A stretch of DNA of 52,342 nucleotides from a virus (lineage: Duplodnaviria > Caudoviricetes). Positions 9,776 to 19,165 of the stretch are shown here, piece by piece. Numbering within the stretch: the first letter of the stretch is position 1; every line of letters begins with the position of its first letter. The position numbers and the translations under genes were made by a program. Location of the stretch: positions 1 to 52,342 of IMG/VR virus record IMGVR_UViG_3300020166_000031; one strand, 5' to 3'. The notes below the pieces were generated by a model. That model saw only the letters and a list, made by a program, of their open reading frames with translations. It was not told the DNA's origin and ran no database searches.

Positions 9776-12700
9776 TTACTTCTTCTTCTTGGTTTTCTTC
9801 TTAGAGGCTAAACCTCCTTCTTTAAAACCTACGCGACCTGTAGTATTTCTACCTGTTGCTATATCTGACATTTTCTGAGACGCTTTTTTACCCTCTTTTA
9901 ATATTGTTTTTACTTGAGTATCTGAAGCACCTCTTTTTCTTGCTTTAGATGCAACAGACCCTGTTTTAACCATAGAACTTCTAAACGCATCTCTACCTCT
10001 TTGAGCAGCTGCCTCTGCTTCTCTTGCTGCCTGTGCTTGTTTGTCAGCTTCAATCTTTGCTAGTCTAGCTTCGTTAGCTTCAATCTCTGCTATACGCTTA
10101 CGATTAGCCTCTTGTTGTTGTTGGAATGATAAAGCTGCAGCATCAACGGCATCACTCATTTGAGTCTCTAGCTCAGGACTTATAGGAACATAAGTAGATG
10201 AAGCTCCTGCATCTACTGTTTCTGGTATATAAGGTTTTGTATCTTTAACTTCAGCTAAAGCATCTCCATATGTAAGTGTTGGAGTAAAGTCCTTACCTTC
10301 TTGATCTGCAAAAGACTCACTAGCTCCAAAGCTTCCTGTCTTTAAGAACTCTAAGAAGTCTCCATCATTTGCTGAACCTTGTGTAGCTGCAAACTCACTA
10401 CCTTCTTCCAGAGATATATCAGCTATCTTTACAAACACTTCTCTGTCTGCTGGATCTCCATAACCAAGTTCAGTTGCTATGATAGTATCTTGACCTAGGT
10501 TATTATCTTCACCTTCACCTGTGTACCTTCTACCTAAGACAGGTGCACCATCACTACCTTTTACATCCATTTCGTACCATTCAAACCCGTCACCAGCATA
10601 CACACCGTTCCTAGTAACCTGACCATAGGATTCAAACTTTGTTTCCTCTCTAGTTACAGGGTCTACATAAGTAGAAACTTTACCTGTTGTAGGAGCTATG
10701 ATTTCTGCTTCTGTTTGTAGTGCTGGCTCAGTTTTAACAATAGGATCTACATCTAGATTTATATCACCTTCAAACTGTGATACGTCACCTGTATCCATCT
10801 GCATAGCTACTTCAAGAGCTTCTGCTTCTTCTTGAGTCTCAGGAACGAATGCATCTTTTACTGCACCAAAGATTTTCTGGATCAGACCAGGTTTACCTTC
10901 CTTAGATGCTTTTAACATATCTTCAAGAACGCCTCTATCTCCTGCATATTCTTCTGAAGCAATCCTACGTTCTATCTCATTCTCTAATCGTCTAGCACTA
11001 TCCATCATAGCACCCTTAACAAAAAGACCTAATACAGGATTAATAGCACCTGCACCAAATGCTATTGCTGTAGATTTAGTAGAAGTTTGATCTTCTAACA
11101 TCTTAGCAATTTCTTCTGTAGTAAGGGTTTTATAGTTAATAGCCTTAGGTGTTGGCATGGGTTGAGAACTTCTATCTCTACCTCTAGGCGTTGCGACCTG
11201 CGGTTCTGGTTGCGCTGCAGTAGTAGTAGCAGTACTTGTAGTATCTGCAGTAGTCTCTTCTTGTAGTGTATAACCTGGAGGTATAGACGTTTGAGGCTTA
11301 CCATTAATAAATGTTATATAAATAGTATGACCAGATTCGCTAACATATGTACGAACTTCTACAGTAGGTGCACCGCCTGTTGAATCATAACCTGCACCAA
11401 TACCTTCAATACCTAAGCCCAGCGCACCCATAGTTGCATAACCTTCGTCACCAGGAGATAGAGCATAACCACCCTCAGCCATTGCCATAGGTTCGCCATC
11501 ATCTTCTACTTCTAGTTCTGATACATCAAACATCATACCATCAAGTTCATCTACAGGCTCACCACCAATACGTCCGTTCTGAGCCATATCTTGATAACCA
11601 AACTTAGCCTTAGCTCGTAAGTTCTCAAAGAACCTAACACCATAGAAGCGTACTACGTCAGAAGGTACGACATATTCACCTTCACTTAGTTGTGCTGGTA
11701 TATCGTCACGTACCTCTTTTGGGGTAGAACCCATAGGAACTTCGTTACCTGACACAGGATCAATACCCTGAGTGTTGTCTGGTACTGTATCTAAATCTAC
11801 GCTACCGCCCAATGCGAAAGCTTTTCTCATTTGTTCATCCATTATTGTGCCACCTTCTGCATAGCCTTTGTTGGGTAGTTTATGTACAGTAACTCCTGCT
11901 GCACCTAACTTATTATTAGTAATATTAAAACTTTTACCCAGTGTTTCTTGTATGTATAATTTTAGTTCTGGTTGTGTAAAACCTTTTTGATATGTATCTT
12001 TTGTAGTAATGATAGACATATCTTCTGGGCCAGGCTTACCTTTTGCAGACATGACATCTCTACCTCTAGTAGTGATAATAGCCCTGCCATCTGGCTCTAA
12101 AATACGACCTATATCTTTTACAATAGTATCTCTTACATCTCTAGGTACTACATTTAGCACATTAAGATTAGTTACTTTTTTGTAGGAATTAGAAGGTATA
12201 TCAGACGGATCGGTAAAGTCAGGTTTAAAATCCTTTTTAGGAAAAGGTTCATATGTATCAAAACCTAGTTCTTTTTTAGATAAACCTAAACCTGCTCCAA
12301 AGTCTAAAGTTTTACCTTTTCCTGATAGTTCTGTTAAAAGATTATCTGCTTTCTTATAGGTAGGTAGTGTACCAGCAATTTGTGTACGTGCTGAGTTTTC
12401 TGCAGGTGGTAAATCTGTACGTGAAACTTTTTTAGTTTTGCTAGGTACTACTTTAAAGTCTTTACTCTTTACTCGGTCTGCTAATTCTGAATAAACTTGC
12501 ATAGGCATAAACGTAGTATCACCTGCTCCTATACTATTTTCCTGAGCAACTTTTTCTAACCTACGTGAAAAGCCTTCACCAAAAGCAGGTTCGTCCATAA
12601 GATCCACAGCAGACTGTGTTACAGTTTTATCAAATACACCTGCTGGTGTGTCTGAAATCATGTTTATCTGAGGTACACCTGTCTTTGATACACCATAATC

Positions 12701-13054
12701 AATTCTTTTATTGGGTTTTATTTTTACACGCTTAGCTACATCAAATACTTCTCTAGCACCATTCTTTATAGCTTTAGCAGCGGCATCTCCTATTCCAGGA
12801 ATAAGACCTACAATAGCAGCTCCACCTAAAGCACCAGCTAAATAGTAATTAGGATTAACCTTTTGTAGTTCATCATAGACTTCTTTAGCCGCCATAGCAT
12901 CACCAATAATAGGTGTCATACTAGCAACAAAAGTAGTTGCATCCTTTATAGATATCTCAGGAATATTAACCTGTAATGAATCTGCATAATCACGCCATTG
13001 ATCTGTAGTTCCACCTTGAAACATTTCTTCAGTTTGATTATCTAAGTCATCCAT
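9776..13054 (-). CDS. Large modular putative virion protein: pre-toxin-TG-like segment, class I SAM methyltransferase domain, LSxGEYV domain
   Basis: TPIIGDA...GLIPGIGDAAAK; TLDFGAGLG...YEPF...NVLNVV...TYQKGF; DDIPAQLSEGEYVVP; basic C-terminus. Confidence 0.7.
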   Translation of the reverse strand: MDDLDNQTEEMFQGGTTDQWRDYADSLQVNIPEISIKDATTFVASMTPIIGDAMAAKEVYDELQKVNPNYYLAGALGGAAIVGLIPGIGDAAAKAIKNGAREVFDVAKRVKIKPNKRIDYGVSKTGVPQINMISDTPAGVFDKTVTQSAVDLMDEPAFGEGFSRRLEKVAQENSIGAGDTTFMPMQVYSELADRVKSKDFKVVPSKTKKVSRTDLPPAENSARTQIAGTLPTYKKADNLLTELSGKGKTLDFGAGLGLSKKELGFDTYEPFPKKDFKPDFTDPSDIPSNSYKKVTNLNVLNVVPRDVRDTIVKDIGRILEPDGRAIITTRGRDVMSAKGKPGPEDMSIITTKDTYQKGFTQPELKLYIQETLGKSFNITNNKLGAAGVTVHKLPNKGYAEGGTIMDEQMRKAFALGGSVDLDTVPDNTQGIDPVSGNEVPMGSTPKEVRDDIPAQLSEGEYVVPSDVVRFYGVRFFENLRAKAKFGYQDMAQNGRIGGEPVDELDGMMFDVSELEVEDDGEPMAMAEGGYALSPGDEGYATMGALGLGIEGIGAGYDSTGGAPTVEVRTYVSESGHTIYITFINGKPQTSIPPGYTLQEETTADTTSTATTTAAQPEPQVATPRGRDRSSQPMPTPKAINYKTLTTEEIAKMLEDQTSTKSTAIAFGAGAINPVLGLFVKGAMMDSARRLENEIERRIASEEYAGDRGVLEDMLKASKEGKPGLIQKIFGAVKDAFVPETQEEAEALEVAMQMDTGDVSQFEGDINLDVDPIVKTEPALQTEAEIIAPTTGKVSTYVDPVTREETKFESYGQVTRNGVYAGDGFEWYEMDVKGSDGAPVLGRRYTGEGEDNNLGQDTIIATELGYGDPADREVFVKIADISLEEGSEFAATQGSANDGDFLEFLKTGSFGASESFADQEGKDFTPTLTYGDALAEVKDTKPYIPETVDAGASSTYVPISPELETQMSDAVDAAALSFQQQQEANRKRIAEIEANEARLAKIEADKQAQAAREAEAAAQRGRDAFRSSMVKTGSVASKARKRGASDTQVKTILKEGKKASQKMSDIATGRNTTGRVGFKEGGLASKKKTKKKK

Positions 13055-13241
13055 TTACTTTATCCCTCAAGTATTGAAGTTGACGTAGCGCACGTATAGC
13101 ACCTTGATGCCTGTATAGTTCAGCAGTATCTGTAACAGTTTCCATACTACGATGTTGTGTAGAAATACGCTCCTCTAACTCAGAGAGAAACGATTCCCAC
13201 GATATCTGATTGTTTACAAAACCCTTAAGCGACATTACCAC
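13047..13241 (-). CDS. Small protein downstream of portal
   Basis: LYRHQGAIRAL motif typical of the small gene after podovirus portals; coupled to both neighbours. Confidence 0.7.
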   Translation of the reverse strand: MVMSLKGFVNNQISWESFLSELEERISTQHRSMETVTDTAELYRHQGAIRALRQLQYLRDKVNG

Positions 13242-15354
13242 TAAATCCTTGTTCGCCTGGAACTGGTGCTGTACCCATACCTATTTGTCCACCTCCACCA
13301 CCAGATGTGTCCTGTACGCCTCCCTGAGGAGTCTGTGGCGCTTGTTCGCCCCCCTCTGGTGCAGGTACACCCTCAGGTGCTTCTGGAGGCTGTGCTGGTT
13401 GCTGGAAGCCTTTGAGGATCTCAGCTTGGATAGCAGCGTCTGCCATAGAGTTAGTAACCTTATCAGGATCAAGATCCATAGACTTAGCAATCTCACGTAT
13501 AATGTAATCCATCTTAGCAAAAGGAGCTAGTACTGGATTCTGTGCTACTTGTAAGAACTGCATTAAGCGCTGGGATCTTACTTCGTTAGCCATTAAGCTT
13601 TCTGTACCTGATGCTTGTACTTCTAAGTCACCACGTATTTGTTCATCAAAGTCAAATTGCATGTTGAAAGAGAAGAATGCTTTACCTAGTGGGCGTAGTA
13701 AATAGTCATCAACGTTTTTAACTACTGTACGGATAGAACCGTTGGCAGCAGACATAAGCATACTAATACCTGAGGCTGTACGCCCAACGCCTGATACGCC
13801 TGTTTGACCATGAGCAAAGCTAGGGAAGCCAGTACTTTCATCTGCTAGTACACGTGCCTTATCAAATAGTTGCATATTCTCTTGAGCAACATTTGGGAAC
13901 TTAGTACCAAAGATGGCTTGTCCTGGTGCACCCCCAGCCCTGCGGAAGACCTTGCCCGGGTATACAGATAAGTCTTGTCCCGGTGTTAAGTTGGTCTCGT
14001 CTACTTCTATAATAAGATTACCAGATAGTGCAGCATTGTCAATAGCCATACGCATAAAGCCATTCATTAATGTCTGTGTATCATCCATATTCTCAGCAAT
14101 ACCTACACCAAAGAAGCTGTAAGGGTTATGCTCGTAAGGAACTGCATAGTAAGGAATACGAGTAGGTTTGAATGGGTTCAGTACAAATCGTAGTACTTCA
14201 CCATTACATACCCATACGTTACAGTTAACCTCATCTAATTCTTTTAGTTCGCTGGGTATATTAACACCATGCTCTTCAAGTAGTTCAATGTCTACGTAAC
14301 CCCAGAACTCTAGTACTTCCCAACGCTCAGAGGATGGTTGTGTATCATCGTCCTCCATAGTCATTTCCCAGTATTTCTGTATGTAGTCAGGCCCTTTATC
14401 TACAGCCAGCTGAACCGAATCAGACATGAAGTATGGACGACTTCTTAAAGAACGTAATTGTGTACGTGACATCTTATGACGTTCAACAGTATATTCTGCA
14501 TCATTCATAGACTTAGCTTCTGGGTCTGGGTAGAAATCCCAAGAAGAAACATGGCTACACTCAGGTACTGTCTTTACTAGAGGATCATATTCACCCTCAT
14601 CATTCCAGTTAGGATATTCTTTATCTACTGCGAAAGGACCCTTCATAACACCTGTGCCTAGTAGCGCCATCTCAAACGCCATAGAGCGTAAGTGTGTTGA
14701 TGCACCTGATTCTTGTAGCTGGTCATGGATTTTCTTTTCCATCTTCTTAGCTGCAATCATAGCTGGGTGGAACGATACAGTAGATGGTGTAGTGCCATCA
14801 CCCTCAATAATCTTATCTGATACAGCTTCTAGCTTACTTTTTAAACCACCCATTCGTGCCTGTAAGTCCATAAGGGTCTCACCAGGTTTTAGAGAAGTAT
14901 CACCGTTGAGCAAATAAGAACTAGAAGGTTTATCTTCAGTCACAGGTTTAAGTGCATCACCTGCAGCTTGAGCCTTAGGATCTATATTAATATGTACTGC
15001 TTCTGCTACACCATCAGGTAATACAGAAGGGTTAACTGATAGTGGGAACTTGTTGTTACCAAATAGTACATCAACAATCTGACCGTATGCAGCAAGTGTC
15101 TTAGTCTTAGTAACCTTAACAAATACGCGAGACTTTTCAGTGTCGGTAAACTGTACATCCTTGCCGTATAAGCCCCTATAGTTTCGGTAAGCTTTTAACC
15201 AGCGTTGTTCATCTGAGTAACGTGCATCTTCTGCTCGATTGTATCTCTCTTGTACAAAAGCTACTACACTAGATTTTTCTTCAAAGATTTTATCCGTACT
15301 GTTTTCTGCAGCTACGACTTCATCTGTTTCAAACATTTCTTCTTGTTCTGCCAT
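13225..15354 (-). CDS. Portal protein
   Basis: 709 aa, follows the terminase; FYPDP, FFGVG and RTASGISML motifs. Confidence 0.88.
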   Translation of the reverse strand: MAEQEEMFETDEVVAAENSTDKIFEEKSSVVAFVQERYNRAEDARYSDEQRWLKAYRNYRGLYGKDVQFTDTEKSRVFVKVTKTKTLAAYGQIVDVLFGNNKFPLSVNPSVLPDGVAEAVHINIDPKAQAAGDALKPVTEDKPSSSYLLNGDTSLKPGETLMDLQARMGGLKSKLEAVSDKIIEGDGTTPSTVSFHPAMIAAKKMEKKIHDQLQESGASTHLRSMAFEMALLGTGVMKGPFAVDKEYPNWNDEGEYDPLVKTVPECSHVSSWDFYPDPEAKSMNDAEYTVERHKMSRTQLRSLRSRPYFMSDSVQLAVDKGPDYIQKYWEMTMEDDDTQPSSERWEVLEFWGYVDIELLEEHGVNIPSELKELDEVNCNVWVCNGEVLRFVLNPFKPTRIPYYAVPYEHNPYSFFGVGIAENMDDTQTLMNGFMRMAIDNAALSGNLIIEVDETNLTPGQDLSVYPGKVFRRAGGAPGQAIFGTKFPNVAQENMQLFDKARVLADESTGFPSFAHGQTGVSGVGRTASGISMLMSAANGSIRTVVKNVDDYLLRPLGKAFFSFNMQFDFDEQIRGDLEVQASGTESLMANEVRSQRLMQFLQVAQNPVLAPFAKMDYIIREIAKSMDLDPDKVTNSMADAAIQAEILKGFQQPAQPPEAPEGVPAPEGGEQAPQTPQGGVQDTSGGGGGQIGMGTAPVPGEQGFSGNVA

Positions 15355-15357
15355 TTA

Positions 15358-16953
15358 TTAATACCCGAATGTTGTATCACTAGCTTGAAAGCCTGTGCGT
15401 TGTGTTGCTGGGTTGAAATCCCAAATGCTGCTGCGTGGACGTGTCATAACACCGTAACGCAAAGCATCGTATAAGTGATCCTCTGCGTGAGTGTCTACAT
15501 CTTCTGGGTTTCTCTTATCCAGAGGAATGCTTGGTATCTGCGCTATAGTGTTTGTGCAGTTATTCATAAATACTAATCTAGGCTTCTCAGTAAACTCATC
15601 AACTTGTAGCCGCCTATGTATTTCGTTTTTACCTGCGACACGCGAACCCCTAGACCGATCAGAAGGCCGCCATCGACAACCCTTCATAATCATTTGCTCA
15701 GCTAGTGATGGTCCCGTGTCGCCACGGTTGTGCCACAAAGAAGAGTCTAGCACCCCGTATCTCATACCACCATCTTTTTTCTCTAAGTCTAAAATCATAT
15801 CAGCTAGATCTGTAGCTGTAACCTTAGAACAATATAGCTCTCTATAAACAATGAGTTGCTCGTCTGGTGCAACAGCAAACCAGATAACTCCTGTATAAGA
15901 TCCGTAGCCGTAGTCACAAGCTCTAAACTTAGCCCAGCTTTCGGGAACTTCAAAAGCGTCAATGACATGTTTGGTTCTGTCAAACTCTGGGAAAGCGGCT
16001 CCATCATTAATATCCCAGTTACCTTCTAAGAGTTGCTTTCTTTGATGTTCTGGTAGTGACAATAGCATCGCTTCATAGTCACCTGCCTCAGCAAGATATG
16101 GGTTGTCAAACAATGATGCAGGTATAAACCTACGTTTGAACAAGGGTTGTCCTGCTTTACTGTGTCCAACAGGGTATGTAATTGTATCACCTGTTTCAAC
16201 ATTAGTAGCCCAGAACGGCTCATTAGATGGTCCAGGATCAATAAACATTTTCTTAACCCACTGGTGACCGCTACCTCCTGGGTTGGTAGTAGCTCTCATG
16301 TACAAACCTAAGTTCTTTGCTGAGCTACGTAAACGTGATCTCATGTAGTCCCAAGCGTAGGGACTCGACCATTGTGTAAGTTCGTCAAAGCCTATCCAGT
16401 TAAAAGCCTGTCCTTGGTATCTAGTAACGTCAGTATCTTTATCCAAGTAAGACATCCAGAGTCTACCACCCCTAGGTGAAGTCCACTGTGACTTACGTTC
16501 TGACCATTTGATACCCGGTATAGCTTTAGGATATAACTCTTGACTCTTCTGTATTAACTCTCTAAGTTCTTCTGTAGTATGACGTACAAGCAATCCTGAG
16601 AAGTTAGGATCGTTTAGTCCGTGTAGAGGATCAGCCAACATAGCATATGATTTACCTCCACCAGCTGCGCCGCCATATAATACTTCTCTCTCTGATGAAC
16701 TTAGAAACGAGGTCTGGGGGCCAGGGTTAGGCTTAAACACTATATCTTGTGCTAACTCCTCATCATACGCAGGAGCAACAGCCTGTGCTGGAACAGTATC
16801 TCTAGTAATTTCTATTTGTTCAACTACCTGTACTGGAATCTCTGTAGGCTCCGACACCTTGGGTTTCGAGCTTTTCGATTTCCTCAAGGGTTTCTTCGAG
16901 CCACTTGGCAAGCTTGCGTTTAATAGCAGATGCTTTTCTACGTCTTTGCTCAA
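15358..16953 (-). CDS. terL: Terminase large subunit (start uncertain)
   Basis: Walker A YGGAAGGGKS, Walker B IGFDE, ATTNPGG, C-terminal nuclease DHLYDALRY. Confidence 0.95.
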   Translation of the reverse strand: MSKDVEKHLLLNASLPSGSKKPLRKSKSSKPKVSEPTEIPVQVVEQIEITRDTVPAQAVAPAYDEELAQDIVFKPNPGPQTSFLSSSEREVLYGGAAGGGKSYAMLADPLHGLNDPNFSGLLVRHTTEELRELIQKSQELYPKAIPGIKWSERKSQWTSPRGGRLWMSYLDKDTDVTRYQGQAFNWIGFDELTQWSSPYAWDYMRSRLRSSAKNLGLYMRATTNPGGSGHQWVKKMFIDPGPSNEPFWATNVETGDTITYPVGHSKAGQPLFKRRFIPASLFDNPYLAEAGDYEAMLLSLPEHQRKQLLEGNWDINDGAAFPEFDRTKHVIDAFEVPESWAKFRACDYGYGSYTGVIWFAVAPDEQLIVYRELYCSKVTATDLADMILDLEKKDGGMRYGVLDSSLWHNRGDTGPSLAEQMIMKGCRWRPSDRSRGSRVAGKNEIHRRLQVDEFTEKPRLVFMNNCTNTIAQIPSIPLDKRNPEDVDTHAEDHLYDALRYGVMTRPRSSIWDFNPATQRTGFQASDTTFGY

Positions 16954-17239
16954 CTTCGATTCTCTTCTTTAGTCCCATATGAGATATATAGCGACCTGTT
17001 TCTTTGCTCAGCCATTGTGCTACTGCACGATAACTATACTGCTTAAGATGTCTCTTTGCAAGATCTAAAGCTTCAAGCTCCAGACGGACAGGTATCAGAA
17101 GCCTATCATTGTCTGGAGCTAGGACATACCCCCAAGGTATCTTTGTTGTAACACGAACTATTGTGTGCCACTCTTTTTCTTTGCCTTTGGTTGGCTTTGG
17201 TAATTGCCAGAATCCTAGGTCTCTTGTTGGAATACTTAT
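16820..17239 (-). CDS. Hidden 139-aa basic protein with probable ATA start
   Basis: Stop-free frame (SIPTRDLGFWQLPKP...IPWGY...YSYRAVAQWLSKETGRYISHMGL...) fills the gap between terS and terL. Its ATA overlaps the upstream TAA. Confidence 0.7.
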   Translation of the reverse strand: MSIPTRDLGFWQLPKPTKGKEKEWHTIVRVTTKIPWGYVLAPDNDRLLIPVRLELEALDLAKRHLKQYSYRAVAQWLSKETGRYISHMGLKKRIEVEQRRRKASAIKRKLAKWLEETLEEIEKLETQGVGAYRDSSTGS

Positions 17240-17604
17240 TCGTTTGTGCCTTCTTTTGGTGGTAGATAGAAGATGCCACCGCTTGATGTGACATCCACTT
17301 TATCTACTTTACCAAGTCCAGCGCGGTCTAGCAAGTCTTTTGCTGCAACCATTTTTTCTTTTATGCCTAGCTCAGTAGGATCAGAAAGAGCACCTACCAT
17401 AGCAACTGCAGCTTTAGGGGCAGTACGGGCAAAATAAGTACGAGTCTTCTCGCCTATCTCATCCTTTAGGGATTCAACAATAGCTGTAGTGCTGCTGCTG
17501 TCCCCGTAACCTGCCAACCTTTTAGCTGCAACAGCATCACCATTAGCCTCATCGAATAGTACTTCAAGAAACTTGTTTTGTTTTTCGGTTAGATTTCTCG
17601 CCAT
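17236..17604 (-). CDS. Putative terminase small subunit
   Basis: LTEKQNKFL...AKRLAGY HTH-like N-terminus and AAKDLLDRAG, upstream of terL. Confidence 0.7.
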   Translation of the reverse strand: MARNLTEKQNKFLEVLFDEANGDAVAAKRLAGYGDSSSTTAIVESLKDEIGEKTRTYFARTAPKAAVAMVGALSDPTELGIKEKMVAAKDLLDRAGLGKVDKVDVTSSGGIFYLPPKEGTNE

Positions 17605-17746
17605 ATATATGCTCTCTTATCTCGCCACGGCTAATGCCTATGTCGTGTAAATCTCTGTCACTCATATTGTTAAGTAACCAAAGATCAGCCCTTGCTTGTT
17701 GTGTTCTTTGTACAGCCCTAAAGCCGCGTTGTAAAAAGTTTAGCAT
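17564..17746 (-). CDS. DUF1127 (YjiS-like) small protein
   Basis: LNNMSDRDLHDIGISRGEI signature; AAGGAG RBS. Confidence 0.8.
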   Translation of the reverse strand: MLNFLQRGFRAVQRTQQARADLWLLNNMSDRDLHDIGISRGEIREHIYGEKSNRKTKQVS

Positions 17747-17824
17747 CACTATCTCCTTTGTTTGTGTGCGGAGATAGTTATACTTATTTAGTGATTACTT
17801 AGTACACCTGTTTATGCATACCCG

Positions 17825-18187
17825 TTAACCTACAGGTATAAAGGTTTCAGTTACTGTAACAATAGTATCAATGTGACCAGCAATAGAAGGGGTTACCTGT
17901 ATTTTATCCCCTGCTTGAAGTACTAGATCTATATTGCTATGGCTAACTGAGTCATTGTGTGAAATAGTTTTATCGTTTAAAAACTTTGAGGTATAGGTAT
18001 CAGCGGCTACGTACCAAGTTATATCAATTGTATTATTTCCACTACTTTCACCATTAACTATATGGATAAAGGTTACTTCAGAAACACAGTTAGCTGGACA
18101 AACATATACATCTTCTATGCTTGTACCAGTATTGTGACCGTATACAGAACGCATACGTGAGGATTTGCCCTGATTAACTAAGCTCAT
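17825..18187 (-). CDS. Hypothetical beta-rich (possibly structural) protein
   Basis: 120-aa ORF with VYVCP and LVLQAGDKIQV motifs. Confidence 0.65.
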   Translation of the reverse strand: MSLVNQGKSSRMRSVYGHNTGTSIEDVYVCPANCVSEVTFIHIVNGESSGNNTIDITWYVAADTYTSKFLNDKTISHNDSVSHSNIDLVLQAGDKIQVTPSIAGHIDTIVTVTETFIPVG

Positions 18188-18483
18188 TACTCATCAACCC
18201 ACGCTTCATTCTCTGGTGTGTTAGGATCATCCTTAACATAGTGACCTTTAGCTGTACGTGCACGTTTCTTACCCTCAGGAGCTTTAGACTTTTTCTTAGC
18301 CTTAGGTTTAGTAACTTCAGCGGCTCTACAAATTTCTGTTACATTTGGATCATTACAAAAAGCATTACCAAATCTATCTTCTATAGCCGCTTGATTGCCA
18401 CGCTCATCCCAAACACAACCATCTACATCTACTGTGTAGCCGTGCTTCTCTAGAGCATCTTTATATTTTTCATAAACCTTCAT
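18187..18483 (-). CDS. Hypothetical protein with basic C-terminus
   Basis: RARTAKGHYVKDDPNTPENEAW motif; coupled to neighbour. Confidence 0.7.
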   Translation of the reverse strand: MKVYEKYKDALEKHGYTVDVDGCVWDERGNQAAIEDRFGNAFCNDPNVTEICRAAEVTKPKAKKKSKAPEGKKRARTAKGHYVKDDPNTPENEAWVDE

Positions 18484-18487
18484 AAGT

Positions 18488-18751
18488 CTAGCCTTTTTTC
18501 ATAGGTTTAGACGCTGGGTTAGACGCACCACAGTAACCGCCTCTATTCATCTTCATAGGTTTCTTAGCCATTCCACCATACGACATTTTAGTCTTACCTT
18601 TTTGACAACCCTGTTTAGCACACTTAGCTGGGCTAGGGCAATCTGGACACGCTTTAAAGTCAGGCATACCACCCTTATTGTATCCCATCTTCTTAGCTAC
18701 GGCTGGAGCTTTTTTCTTAAGAGCTGCCATGCCTGGATTCATCTTCTTCAT
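18488..18751 (-). CDS. Small K/M/G-rich basic protein
   Basis: Likely start ATG 18751 overlapping the upstream stop; three xxGG motifs and a Cys cluster. Confidence 0.65.
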   Translation of the reverse strand: MKKMNPGMAALKKKAPAVAKKMGYNKGGMPDFKACPDCPSPAKCAKQGCQKGKTKMSYGGMAKKPMKMNRGGYCGASNPASKPMKKG

Positions 18752-19026
18752 GTTCTTTTCTTTCCTGATGCTGTTGTAGACCAAGCGACACGTCCTGGTC
18801 CTGTTTTCTTAGCTGCTTCTTTTTTACTTATTTTACTCGCCACTTTTTTGGGACGACACGCAGGATAAGGTCTACCACTTTCCGATACACCCGACCTACC
18901 ACATTTTTTACCTGTTTTAACATCTGTCCATTCCTCTCCAAACCATTTACCTAAACCACCCTTAGCGTATCCTCTACGACCTACAAGAACATGCTGACTA
19001 CGTGACTTTGTTTTTCGTCGTGCCAC
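18748..19026 (-). CDS. Small basic protein
   Basis: GLGKWFGEEWTDVKTGKKCGR...YPACRP. Confidence 0.7.
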   Translation of the reverse strand: MARRKTKSRSQHVLVGRRGYAKGGLGKWFGEEWTDVKTGKKCGRSGVSESGRPYPACRPKKVASKISKKEAAKKTGPGRVAWSTTASGKKRT

Positions 19027-19165
19027 TATACTTACCCCCAGCTTTTTTGTATTCCTTTACTAACCAAGCAGACGCATATGCGCTGGGCCATCTCTTAAAC
19101 TTCTTTCTAGCCAGAGCTTTCTTCTGGTTATACAATTTCATATTTGTAGGTTTGGGCGCTGCCAT
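18998..19165 (-). CDS. Small basic protein (55 aa, below ORF-track cutoff)
   Basis: MAAPKPTNMKLY...WPSAYASAWLVKEYKKAGGKY; ATG overlaps the upstream TAA. Confidence 0.75.
   Translation of the reverse strand: MAAPKPTNMKLYNQKKALARKKFKRWPSAYASAWLVKEYKKAGGKYSGTTKNKVT

Noticed and set aside
17106-17294. 62-aa minus-strand and 60-aa plus-strand ORFs
   Set aside because: The third frame (16820-17239) fills the gap better and reads as a plausible protein.
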